37,731 nt of DNA from Candidatus Velthaea sp. (GCA_050012475.1 JBEKHC010000046.1:1-37731); one strand, 5' to 3'. Positions 18,701 through 27,976 are shown, counted from the first letter of the stretch. The notes: generated from the sequence alone by a model not told the origin. Program-made: numbers and translations.

Positions 18701-19941
18701 TTTCGTCTCTGCCCGTGCTCGATGAGGCTATCGGCGGCGTGCCCGCCAGCGAACTCGCCGCCCTGTACGGCACTCCGCTGCACTTGATCGACACCGAGAC
18801 GTTCGAGCTGGAAATCGAGCGCTTCGATCGGGCGTTCGGCAAGCGCGGGATCACGGTGGGCTACGCGGCCAAAGCTTTCCTGTGCATCGGCTTGGCCGAA
18901 CTCATCGCGCAGACGAAGCTGCGGCTCGACGTGTGTTCGCTGGGCGAACTGCTGACCGCCGAACGCGGCGGCGTTCCCGCCGCGCGCATCTACTTTCACG
19001 GCTGCGGAAAAACCGATGCCGAGCTGACTGCCGTCGTCGACGGCCGGGTCGCTTTCGACGTCATCGACAACGTCGAAGAACTCGAGCGTTTGGCCTTGCT
19101 CGCGGTCGACGCGACGCCGGTCGACGTGATGCTGCGCATCAACACCGGGATCGAGGCGCACACCCACGAGTACGTCCGGACCGGAGGCGAAAACACCAAG
19201 TTCGGGATTGCCGCGCAGGATGTCGAGGCCGTACTGCTGCGGCTCAAAGCGCTGCCGCAAGTGCGGCTCATCGGCTTGCACAGCCACGTCGGCTCGAGCA
19301 TCGTCGACGCTGGGCCGTTCGTCGACAACCTCGACTTGCTCATCGAGTGGGCCGGGCTCGCGCGGCGCATGGGTCATCCGGTGCACGAACTCATCGCCGG
19401 CGGCGGCATGGGCATCGAACGAATTCCGGGGGACGAACGCCCGCTCGATCTCGATGCGTTGGCAAACGCGCTGGCGGAGCGTGCGCGCGCAACGGATTAC
19501 CGTGTCGCGATCGAGCCCGGCCGGGCGCTCATCGCCCGAGCCGGTTCCACGCTGTATCGCGTCGTCGCCGTCAAGCGTCAAGGCGTTCGGCGCTTCGTCA
19601 TCGTCGACGGCGGCATGGCGGATAATCCGCGACCCGCGCTGTACGGCGCTCACCATCATCTCGACGTGGTCCGTTCCGCGGCGACGGGACCGCTGCAGCC
19701 GGCGACCCTGTGCGGACGGTCGTGCGAAAACGACCGGCTGGGCGAGGTCGAGGTCGCCGCCGACTTGCGCGCCGGCGATTTGGTCGCGCTGCGCACGACC
19801 GGCGCATACACCTACAGCATGGCCAGCAACTACAACCGGTTTGGCCGGCCGCCGGTCGTGTTCGTCGCGAACGGGTCGCATCGCCGCGCCGTGCGCGGGG
19901 AGCGTCCCGACGACGTTCTGCGCAACGACCTCGGAGCGTGA
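18697..19941 (+). CDS. lysA: Diaminopimelate decarboxylase
   Basis: YAAKAF, KFG, HSHVGS, EPGR, DGGMADNPRPALY, CEND and GAYTYSMASNYN motifs. ATG overlaps the nadD stop. Confidence 0.95.
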   Translation: MISSLPVLDEAIGGVPASELAALYGTPLHLIDTETFELEIERFDRAFGKRGITVGYAAKAFLCIGLAELIAQTKLRLDVCSLGELLTAERGGVPAARIYFHGCGKTDAELTAVVDGRVAFDVIDNVEELERLALLAVDATPVDVMLRINTGIEAHTHEYVRTGGENTKFGIAAQDVEAVLLRLKALPQVRLIGLHSHVGSSIVDAGPFVDNLDLLIEWAGLARRMGHPVHELIAGGGMGIERIPGDERPLDLDALANALAERARATDYRVAIEPGRALIARAGSTLYRVVAVKRQGVRRFVIVDGGMADNPRPALYGAHHHLDVVRSAATGPLQPATLCGRSCENDRLGEVEVAADLRAGDLVALRTTGAYTYSMASNYNRFGRPPVVFVANGSHRRAVRGERPDDVLRNDLGA

Positions 19942-20057
19942 CGAACGCTCCTCGATTGTGAGGATCGGTCGAGCGTGCCGCGCAGCGACGGCTTGTTCCC
20001 GGCGCATTCGGCGCGGGTTAAATTAGCGCACTCCTGCCGCATTCTTGACAATCCCGC

Positions 20058-20086
20058 TTGCCATGGCCCAGAGCAGCCCATAAAAT
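20058..20086 (+). promoter_or_regulatory. Sigma70-type promoter upstream of maf-mreBCD-mrdA
   Basis: TTGCCA (20058) - 17 nt - TAAAAT (20081). Confidence 0.55.
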
Positions 20087-20104
20087 GAATGCATCCCACA
20101 CCAA

Positions 20105-20737
20105 CTGCGGCCGCTCCAACACCTCGCGCTCGCCAGTGCGTCGCCGCGTCGGCGCGAACTCCTCATCTCTTTAGGACTACGTGTTGCCGTCGTCGCCAGC
20201 AGCTATGAAGAGTCACCGCTTCGGGGTCACGGCCCGCGCGAGCTTGCAATCGCTCACGCACGCGGCAAGGCAGCCGGCGCGCCGGGGGCGCCGACGCTCA
20301 TCGTCGCCGCCGACACCGTCGTCGATCTCGATGGAACGGCGCTGGGAAAGCCGCGCGATCTCGACGAGTCACGCTGGATGATCGAGCAACTGTCGGGCCG
20401 CGACCATCGCGTTCACACGGCGTTTACCCTGCGCGATGACCGCAGCGATCGAACCTTGACCGAATGCCAAACGACCCGCGTGCGGTTCGTCCCTTTGTCC
20501 AGCGATGTCATCGAAGCATACGTTGCGAGCGGCGACGGGCTCGACAAGGCGGGCGCCTACGGAATTCAAGGGTTCGGCGCAACGCTGGTCGAGCGGATCG
20601 AAGGCGATTATTTTACCGTCGTCGGATTCCCGCTCGCGGCTTTCGCGCGAAGCTTGCCGCTCATCGACTATCGATTGTGCCCGCCGGACGTGAGCGGCCG
20701 CACATCGGATGTTCATTCACCCGAGGTTCCCGCATGA
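20105..20737 (+). CDS. maf: Maf-family nucleoside triphosphate pyrophosphatase (start codon unresolved)
   Basis: The frame upstream of the listed ORF reads LALASASPRRRELL...IVAADTVV...LGKP, then LSGRDHRVHT...DKAGAYGIQG...VVGFPL. No in-frame ATG/GTG/TTG follows the stop at 20081. CTG 20105 and ATC 20093 are candidates. Confidence 0.88.
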   Translation: MRPLQHLALASASPRRRELLISLGLRVAVVASSYEESPLRGHGPRELAIAHARGKAAGAPGAPTLIVAADTVVDLDGTALGKPRDLDESRWMIEQLSGRDHRVHTAFTLRDDRSDRTLTECQTTRVRFVPLSSDVIEAYVASGDGLDKAGAYGIQGFGATLVERIEGDYFTVVGFPLAAFARSLPLIDYRLCPPDVSGRTSDVHSPEVPA

Positions 20738-21822
20738 GTCTGGCCGGCACGCTTCGTTCGACGTTCAGCCCCGATCTGGGAATCGACCTCGGCACGGCCA
20801 ATACCGTCGTCTACGAATACGGTAACGGCGTCATCGTCAGCGAGCCGTCCGTCGTGGCTTATCGGGTCAGCGACGACACCATCATCGCGATCGGGACCGC
20901 GGCCAAGGAGCTGGACGGCCGCGCACCCGGTCGCATTCGGGTCGTGCGCCCGCTGCGCGGGGGCACCATCTCCGACTTTCGGGGCGCGCACGCGCTCATC
21001 GAGACACTCGTCGACCGGGCCATGCAGTCGCGTCCGCGCATCGCGCCCCGAATCATCGCTTGCGTACCGGGCTGCGCTACGGATATCGAATGCAAAGCGG
21101 TGGAACAGGCGATCAAAGCAGCCGGTCCACGCATTCTGTGCTTCGTTCCGCAGGCCGTGGCCGCGGCCGTCGGCGCCGGACTCGATATCGCTGAGACCCG
21201 CGGACGCATGGTCGTCGACATCGGCGGCGGGACGACGGAGATCGCGGTCCTATCGATGACGGGAGTCGTCGCGCTGCATTCGATAAAAGTCGGCGGCGAC
21301 ACGTTTGATACCGCGATTGCGACGCGGCTGCGCAACGAACGCTTTGCGGTTGGACCATTGACGGCTGAACGGCTCAAGATCGAGCGCGGGTATGCCGGCC
21401 GGCCGCCGGGCCGCGAACCGTACGCCGTCGCCGGGACCGATATCGCGGCCCAGCGGCCCGCGCGGCGGATCGTCGATGAAACGCTCGTGGGCGAGGCGAT
21501 GGCCGACGGCATCGACCACATCGCGCGCGCGTGCTGGACGATCCTCGAAAGCACGCCGCCCGACCTGGCGTCGGATTTGATCGAAACCGGAATCACCTTG
21601 ACCGGCGGCGGTTCACTCATCGCCGGACTCGCAGGCGAGTTGAGTGCGCGAACGAATGTGCCGACCACGGTCGCTGACGATCCGTTGACATGTGTAGCGC
21701 GCGGCGCAGGAATGATTCTCGCGTCACCGAGTCTGCTCGAACGGCTTAAACCGCAAGCGGACCGGCTGACGAGGTGGTATCAATCTCTACGTATCGGGAT
21801 GAGAGAAGGTTATTCACGGTAA
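20734..21822 (+). CDS. mreB: Rod shape-determining actin-like protein MreB
   Basis: GIDLGTANT, EPSVVA, VVDIGGGTTEIA, AERLKI and LTGGGSL motifs. ATG overlaps the maf stop. Confidence 0.92.
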   Translation: MSLAGTLRSTFSPDLGIDLGTANTVVYEYGNGVIVSEPSVVAYRVSDDTIIAIGTAAKELDGRAPGRIRVVRPLRGGTISDFRGAHALIETLVDRAMQSRPRIAPRIIACVPGCATDIECKAVEQAIKAAGPRILCFVPQAVAAAVGAGLDIAETRGRMVVDIGGGTTEIAVLSMTGVVALHSIKVGGDTFDTAIATRLRNERFAVGPLTAERLKIERGYAGRPPGREPYAVAGTDIAAQRPARRIVDETLVGEAMADGIDHIARACWTILESTPPDLASDLIETGITLTGGGSLIAGLAGELSARTNVPTTVADDPLTCVARGAGMILASPSLLERLKPQADRLTRWYQSLRIGMREGYSR

Positions 21823-22592
21823 TCGGCGTCGTCATTGTGGCGGCGCTTGTTGCATTGTTCCAAATCGACTTCGCTCGACAAGGCCGGACTAGCCCGCTCA
21901 CCGCCACCGTCACCACGATTGCTACCTACGCTCAGCTTGCCGTCGCGACCGTCACCAACGCGATTCGGGGCGCGTTCTCGACCGCGGTCAACACGCCCGG
22001 GCTCGCGCACGCCAACGCCGAATTGCGAGCGCAAAACGAACGTCTGCGGACCGAGAACCGCACGCTGAGCGAAGCGCTCGCACGGGTTCCCGCCGAACGC
22101 AACATCGCGCTCGCTCAACTCGAGCACCCGGCCGGCATCCCCGCGACCGTCATCGGCTACGATCCCGAAGCGACGCAGCACGTGATCACGATCGATCGCG
22201 GCGCGCGCGATCACGTCGCTCGCGATGACGGCGTCGTCACCGCCGACGGCGTGGTCGGCCGCATCGTCGAGGTGGCTCCCATCTCCAGCAAGGTGCTGCT
22301 GGTCATCGACGCGGCGAGTAAGCTCCCTGCCGTCGTCCAGCGCGGCCGTTGGTGGGCCATCGCCGTCGGCACGCAGACGCGGATAAAACTGCAGTACATT
22401 TCTCAGGATGCCAAACTGCGCCGCGGCGATGTCGTGGTCACCGGCGAGGGAAGATCGTTTCACGCCGGTACGCCGATCGGACGGATTGCCCAAATCTCGC
22501 CGCCCAACGCGGGTGCGCTCGACCAAACCGCGGTCGTCGAACCGGCCGTTTCCTTCGGCTCGCTCAGCCGTGTCCTGGTCCTCGCGAAGTAG
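21774..22592 (+). CDS. mreC: Rod shape-determining protein MreC
   Basis: N-terminal TM, coiled coil, ITIDRG...GVVGRIVEV...SKVLL and GDVVVTG motifs. Synteny with mreB. Confidence 0.92.
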   Translation: MVSISTYRDERRLFTVIGVVIVAALVALFQIDFARQGRTSPLTATVTTIATYAQLAVATVTNAIRGAFSTAVNTPGLAHANAELRAQNERLRTENRTLSEALARVPAERNIALAQLEHPAGIPATVIGYDPEATQHVITIDRGARDHVARDDGVVTADGVVGRIVEVAPISSKVLLVIDAASKLPAVVQRGRWWAIAVGTQTRIKLQYISQDAKLRRGDVVVTGEGRSFHAGTPIGRIAQISPPNAGALDQTAVVEPAVSFGSLSRVLVLAK

Positions 22593-23118
22593 CTTCCGCT
22601 CGATCGAGGTCGTCGAGGGGCCGAAGCTCGCGCCCACGGTCGGCTTTGCCGTTTTGGCGGTCTTCCTCCAAACGGCGTTCGCGAATCTTATGACCTTTCG
22701 CGGCACCGTGCCGTCGTTCGTCACGATCGCCGTCGTTTTGTACGCCGCCAAAGTGGGGGCTCGCCGGGGTGCGCTCTTCGGCATCATCGCCGGCGTGCTC
22801 GAAGATTGCTTCGCCGGAACCGGCGGCGCGTGGACGATTGCGACGACGCTCACGGCGCTCGCCGTCGGCGGAATCTCGCGCACGTTTTTTTCCGACGGCG
22901 TCGCCATGCTCGGCGCGCTGGTGGCAATCGCGATCGTTCTGCGCGATGCGATCTTCTGGATCGTCATGAGCATCGGCGGCTACCCGCGCGGATTCGCGCT
23001 CGTTCACGTACACACCGCGCTCTGGCAAGCCGCCATCACCGGGGCCTGCGCGATGATCTATCTTCTCGTGCGCCCGCGCTTCATCACCGACCGCACGACG
23101 GTCGAGCGCTATCCGTGA
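22570..23118 (+). CDS. mreD: Rod shape-determining protein MreD
   Basis: Polytopic hydrophobic protein (GALFGIIAGVLED) between mreC and PBP2. Start approximate (GTG 22570). Confidence 0.8.
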   Translation: MSWSSRSSFRSIEVVEGPKLAPTVGFAVLAVFLQTAFANLMTFRGTVPSFVTIAVVLYAAKVGARRGALFGIIAGVLEDCFAGTGGAWTIATTLTALAVGGISRTFFSDGVAMLGALVAIAIVLRDAIFWIVMSIGGYPRGFALVHVHTALWQAAITGACAMIYLLVRPRFITDRTTVERYP

Positions 23119-24968
23119 CGGTCAGCTCGGCAAAACTTCGCTCGACGACGCGCTTCGCAGCATTCATCGCCGCGTTGGCGTTGGCGCTGGCCGCCATCGT
23201 CTTCCGGCTCACCCAAGTCCAGATCATCGACGGCGAAGATTTTGCCGCCCGCGCGCGCGCCAATCAAATCGAACTCATCCCCGTCGCTGCACCGCGCGGG
23301 CTCATCGTCGATCGACACGGGACGGTTCTCGTGCGCAGCCGTCCGTCGTTCGTGTGCGCGCTCATTCCGTCGGAAGTCAAGAACATCAACGCCACGCTGC
23401 GCGGGCTGGCCGCGATCCTCGGCGTGCCCGAACCCGCGCTCCGGCAGCGTTTACTGCACCACCGCGGCGTCAACTACAAAAACTTCGACGAAGTGCAGAT
23501 CTACGAGCCGTACGGTCCGGTCATTCTTGCCAGCGAACTGTCGCCGTCGCAGATGGCGCGGCTGGCCGAATCGGAAAACGACTATCCGGGCGTCGATTTC
23601 CAGGCCCAGCCGGTTCGCAATTATCCCTATAAAAGCGAAGGTTCGCACTTGTTCGGTTACGTCGGCGCGATCACCGAAGACGAATACCAAGCGCTGCGCA
23701 AGCAAGGCTATTCGCCCAACGACGTGATCGGCAAGGACGGGCTGGAAAAACAGTACGACGGCTATTTGCGCGGCCGCATCGGCGGTCAGCAGATCGAGGT
23801 CAACGCGTCGGGCGCGCTGGTCAAGCGCCTCGACACGGTCGACCCGATTCCGGGCAACACGCTCGTCACCTCGATCGATTGGCATTTGCAAAGGATCGTC
23901 GAACGCGATCTGCGGACGATGCTGCGCAAGTGGGGTACCGCGCACGGCCGGCGGCTGGCCGGCGCGGTCGTCGCGATCGATCCCGCCGACGGCGGCGTGA
24001 TGGCGCTCGCGTCGTATCCCGAGTTCGATCCCAACGACTTCGCGACGCCGATCAGCAACGCGAAATTTTCTGCCTATCTCAACGATCCGCTGCGGCCGCT
24101 GTACGATCGCGCGATCGGCGCAGCATCCCCCACCGGCTCAACGTTCAAGATGGTCACGGGTTCGGGTGCGATCAGTTCAGGCGTGATCGTTCCCAACCAA
24201 GTGCTCTACGATTCCGGATACTGGGATTGCCACGGCGTCGTGTTTCGCGACATCGCCGCGGGCGGACTGGGCCGCACGGACTTCGTGCGCGCGCTGGCGG
24301 CGTCGTCGGACGGCTATTTCTATCAGCTCGGTTATCGCCTGGGCCATGACCGGCTGCGCTACTACGCGCTGCAATACGGACTCAACTCGATACTCGGCAT
24401 CGATCTCCCGGGTGAGTTCGAGGGCAACTGGCCGACCAACGAATGGTCGATGCGCGTGTACCATCTGCCGCTCGAACCCAGCGACGTCTGCCAGCTCGCC
24501 ATCGGCCAAGGCGCGATGGAAGCAACCCCGCTGCAAATCGCCAACGTCGCGGCCGCGGTGGTCAACGGAGGAACGCTGTACCGCCCGCACATCGTCGAGG
24601 CGATCCGGTCGCCGCGCGGGAAGATCGTCAAACGCTTCGATCACCCGGTGATCCGCAAAGTCAACGTGACCGCAGAGTCACTGCGCGAAGTCCGCGCCGG
24701 GATGGCCAAAGTCACCGACCGGGGCGGAACGGCGTACGGCCTGGCGATCGACGGCCTCCCGTTTGCCGGCAAAACCGGTACCGCGGAAATCGGCGTGAAC
24801 GGCAGCGGATCGAACACCACCTGGTTCGTCGCGTTCGCTCCGACCAACCATCCGACGATCGCGCTGGCGGTGTACATGGAACAGAGCGGCGGTTACGGCG
24901 CCGAAGTCGCCGCGCCCGTCGCGCAGCACATTTTGGCCGACTACTTCGGCAAGAAGCTCCCGCCGTAG
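23115..24968 (+). CDS. mrdA: Penicillin-binding protein 2 (class B transpeptidase)
   Basis: APRGLIVDR, GKDGLEKQYD, STFK (SxxK), IGQG and KTGTAE motifs. GTG overlaps the mreD stop. Confidence 0.94.
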   Translation: MTVSSAKLRSTTRFAAFIAALALALAAIVFRLTQVQIIDGEDFAARARANQIELIPVAAPRGLIVDRHGTVLVRSRPSFVCALIPSEVKNINATLRGLAAILGVPEPALRQRLLHHRGVNYKNFDEVQIYEPYGPVILASELSPSQMARLAESENDYPGVDFQAQPVRNYPYKSEGSHLFGYVGAITEDEYQALRKQGYSPNDVIGKDGLEKQYDGYLRGRIGGQQIEVNASGALVKRLDTVDPIPGNTLVTSIDWHLQRIVERDLRTMLRKWGTAHGRRLAGAVVAIDPADGGVMALASYPEFDPNDFATPISNAKFSAYLNDPLRPLYDRAIGAASPTGSTFKMVTGSGAISSGVIVPNQVLYDSGYWDCHGVVFRDIAAGGLGRTDFVRALAASSDGYFYQLGYRLGHDRLRYYALQYGLNSILGIDLPGEFEGNWPTNEWSMRVYHLPLEPSDVCQLAIGQGAMEATPLQIANVAAAVVNGGTLYRPHIVEAIRSPRGKIVKRFDHPVIRKVNVTAESLREVRAGMAKVTDRGGTAYGLAIDGLPFAGKTGTAEIGVNGSGSNTTWFVAFAPTNHPTIALAVYMEQSGGYGAEVAAPVAQHILADYFGKKLPP

Positions 24969-25355
24969 GAGACCGCATGTCAATCCGCCGTGGCAGCGCG
25001 GCCAGGATCGACACGCCGGGCCGGCCGTTGCCGTTCTTCGTGAAGCGCGGCGCGACGAACACCTCGCCTGCGGCGTCCTCGGTCTCCTCATCACGATGAC
25101 GTTTCCGGATCGCAAATCGCCGAAATCGCTGTCGGGATCGAAGCGACGACCGGCGACGATCCGGCGCCGAGAAGCGGATCTCTAAAACGGTTGGGTGCCG
25201 TGAGACCCGTGGACACCGTTACGCTTCGCCCGGACGTTCAAAAGCCGTCTGGCTATTCGTGTGGCTAACGGTACTCTTTCTCTGCCGCCGCCGAATGCCG
25301 CGGAGTTCCGTTCACGTATCGCGTCCTTGTACGCTCAAAGTGCTCGGTCGCCGCT

Positions 25356-26369
25356 TCAAGCACTCGTTCGCAGCATCGGCGGGAGCGCCATCTGAATGTC
25401 TTGGGCGAGCGAACTGACGACCGGCGGGCAAACGGCGTTCGCGAGCTGCTTGATCGCGTGAGTTCTGGCGACCGGAAACGAGAAATTCGGTGGAAAGCCC
25501 ATCAAGCTCGTCATTTCCGAAAGGCTCAGATGTCGCCGCTCTCTCGTGTAAACAGGAATCATCGCCCCGCCGCCACTTACGCTCACGGCGAAGGTTGGCA
25601 GGGGCGCATCGATATTACAGGCGCGAATTCCGCTCGACCTCATCTGCAAAATGCAGTCGGAAATGTCGGCACCTTTATTGACCCGCTCAAGTAGCTCGCG
25701 AGTTTTTGGCACGCGAAAGGAAAACTCACTGAGCGGCTTCTTTCCGGAATACAAGTCAATGTACTGGTGCCAGCGATCGGAAATGGGAATACTCTTGTCG
25801 CCAGTCCTTATATAAGGGCGAAACGGCTCGGGTTTCGTGCGTTGCTTGGTGATGCTGAAAAAGAGCGCATTCAAGCTCCGTCGTGTTGCAACGATGTAGA
25901 TTCTCGGCCTGCTTTGTGGAACTTTGAAATGCGCACTATTGAGAATACTCGCTTGAACGTCGTAGCCCAGCCTCGACAGCGCTTCGACGGCGAACGAAAA
26001 CGATGCTCCCTTGTTGTGAGACGCGAAATTGGCAACGTTCTCGAGTATCACAATCGGCGGCATCACAACCGAAACGATTTCAAGCAGCCGGTGGAGTATG
26101 GAGCCGCGCTTGTCGCCGAAGCCTCGTCGCTTGCCCGCAATCGAGAACGGCTGACACGGAAAACCCGAGCAGATCGCGTCAACGCCCAAGAGCTCGGCCG
26201 GATTTACGTCAAAGATGTTTTTCGCATCAAACGGCACCGAGAAATTGGCCTTGTACGTCTCCTCGCAGAGATCATCGATCTCGCATGAATAGCAACATTT
26301 CCATCCAGCATCCTCAAGCCCGACTCGGAAGCCTCCGATTCCGGCGCAAAGGTCTGCAAACGTCAACAT
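25356..26369 (-). CDS. DNA (cytosine-5)-methyltransferase
   Basis: C5-MTase motifs in order: I FADLCAGIGG, IV GFPCQPFS, VI ENV, VIII QSRPRIY, IX R.LS..E...LMGFP, X QLANAV. ATG at 26369 (or 26405). Confidence 0.95.
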   Translation of the reverse strand: MLTFADLCAGIGGFRVGLEDAGWKCCYSCEIDDLCEETYKANFSVPFDAKNIFDVNPAELLGVDAICSGFPCQPFSIAGKRRGFGDKRGSILHRLLEIVSVVMPPIVILENVANFASHNKGASFSFAVEALSRLGYDVQASILNSAHFKVPQSRPRIYIVATRRSLNALFFSITKQRTKPEPFRPYIRTGDKSIPISDRWHQYIDLYSGKKPLSEFSFRVPKTRELLERVNKGADISDCILQMRSSGIRACNIDAPLPTFAVSVSGGGAMIPVYTRERRHLSLSEMTSLMGFPPNFSFPVARTHAIKQLANAVCPPVVSSLAQDIQMALPPMLRTSA

Positions 26370-26491
26370 TAAGCCTGGTGTCCTCTTGATAGGAACAACG
26401 AGCATCTGGCTCGGCGAGCCGCGCTGAAAAAGCCCTCACCGCCACATTGGACGCGTCGTTAGGATTGCACTCGGCAATATCCTGTTTTGGG

Positions 26492-26505
26492 ATGCTGCGC
26501 AGCAT
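26492..26505. promoter_or_regulatory. Perfect 14-bp palindrome ATGCTGCGCAGCAT, candidate operator
   Basis: Self-complementary sequence between the divergent MTase and HTH genes, 28 nt before the HTH start. Confidence 0.4.
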
Positions 26506-26533
26506 TCGCTACGCTGAGGGCTAATGGTCTGCG

Positions 26534-26773
26534 ATGGGCCCAGTGCACAAGTCGTTATACACGAGCCGATATAAGCGCTTGATTAAGCGCCTCGTAGCGG
26601 CACGCTCGGTCGCCGGGCTAACGCAAGCCCAGGTCGCTCAAAAGCTCGGACGAGGTCAGTCTTACGTATCGAAATACGAGAGTGGCGAGCGCCGTCTTGA
26701 CGTCGTCGAGCTCATCGATATTGCGGATGTCGTCGCAATCGACGTGATCGAGCTACTGAATGATTTGCACTAA
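26534..26773 (+). CDS. XRE-family HTH regulator, probable R-M controller (C) protein
   Basis: 79 aa, R...GLTQAQVAQKLGRGQSYVSKYESGERRLDVVE. Directly upstream of the nuclease and divergent from the MTase. Confidence 0.88.
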   Translation: MGPVHKSLYTSRYKRLIKRLVAARSVAGLTQAQVAQKLGRGQSYVSKYESGERRLDVVELIDIADVVAIDVIELLNDLH

Positions 26774-26803
26774 CGCCGATGTTTGCATCTAAGGAGAACG
26801 GCG

Positions 26804-27718
26804 TTGCTGCAAGTTGAAAACATTGATGAGATTGTGCGCGTCAAAGACGGCCAAGGCTATGAAATCGTGTTCAAAGATAAACGCAAGATATGGGTGACGA
26901 AGCCGCGCGCAATCGTAGCCTTGCTGGTCTTGATAAAGTACGGTGTGGGCAACGAAACCGATCTGGCAAATAACTCGAAAAAAATCCCTGCCCTCAAGAA
27001 GATCTTGCAGGGCAGATACCCCGCCAGCCTCATAAGAGATCATTACGGCGATGCCAACAAGCCCTTTAGCGAGCTGTGGAACGAAGAAGGCTTCACGTTC
27101 ATCGGCCCGGTGCCAAAGACGGAGCCAGGCCGCAGTCAGCGATATGCTCTGAGTCCGGACGATCACGATAAGCTGTTTCTTCCGGCGGCAAAGGCCCATC
27201 GGAAAGCGCCTTCGAGCAGTGCAGTCAGTGCGATTGTACAACGCGTGAGCGGTGGCTGTAATTTATGTGGCGCCAAGGTCATGGAAAAAGATGCCACTGT
27301 GCCGCGAACATCCTTTTCGAGAGACCGTTTGAAACGTCGCCTAGACCACCGCATGCCAATACAGAAGCATCCGGAGAAAGGCGACGATGCATCGAACTTC
27401 CAGATTCTGTGCTTCTATTGTAACAAGAGCAAGTGGCAGATTTGTCACGCCTGTACGACTCCTGTCTGCGATAAATGTGCTCTAGTGTCCCGGTTCATAA
27501 ATAGGGTGACACAAAGCGGACCGGATCTTCGTTCGCGGCAAGGCGCGAAGAGGGAGCAACGCCGTAGCGTTGTGACCGATGAGCAACGCAGCAGCGGGCG
27601 GAGAGCCGGTTCGCGACTGTCACTCTATTTATGAACCGGGACACTAGCATTCCCCGAGTCCACGAGCATCGTCTATCCGACGAATGAAGATATCAGTGAC
27701 CGTATTGTGGGTTCGTAG
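26804..27718 (+). pseudogene. HNH endonuclease (probable restriction endonuclease), 3' end interrupted by a MITE-like insertion
   Basis: SD AAGGAG precedes TTG 26804. CNLCG...LDHRMP...NFQILCFYCNKSK is an HNH/Zn motif, followed by CHAC-x4-CDKC. Removing the insert restores CAL-AFPESTSIVYPTNEDISDRIVGS-TAG(27718). The current ORF stops at 27634 inside the insert. Loss of activity is not proven. Confidence 0.8.
27486..27643. mobile_element. MITE-like non-autonomous element (158 bp, 26-bp terminal inverted repeats, flanked by CTAG)
   Basis: Left IR TGTCCCGGTTCATAAATAGGGTGACA (27486-27511) and right IR (27618-27643) match at 25/26 positions. CTAG occurs at 27482-27485 and 27644-27647. No transposase is present. 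Confidence 0.88.
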
Positions 27719-27976
27719 GGCTGCTCTGATCTCGTCCCGGCTACAGGAGTACTCTGATTTAGCCCTGGACGTCATCGCTACGCAGCTCATTTGCTCAAGC
27801 AAACTTCGCCGTTCTGCTCCTGGGAGGGTGTACCGAGCGAAGCCGACCCATCTTGCTAGGCTCGGGCGAAGCCCAAACGCGACGGATCCTGTCGGCGGAC
27901 ACTCACGCAGCGATGTGAAGTTGGTGGAGTTTCAAGTGTGCCGACCGCGCCTGAACCATCGTATTCCAGCGAGGCC

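Noticed and set aside
24969..25355. SD-like AGGAGA with a 40-aa ORF (24977-25099) after mrdA, or a rodA remnant
   Set aside because: Low-complexity product with no hydrophobic or RodA-like sequence. No island attachment repeat or tRNA was identifiable.
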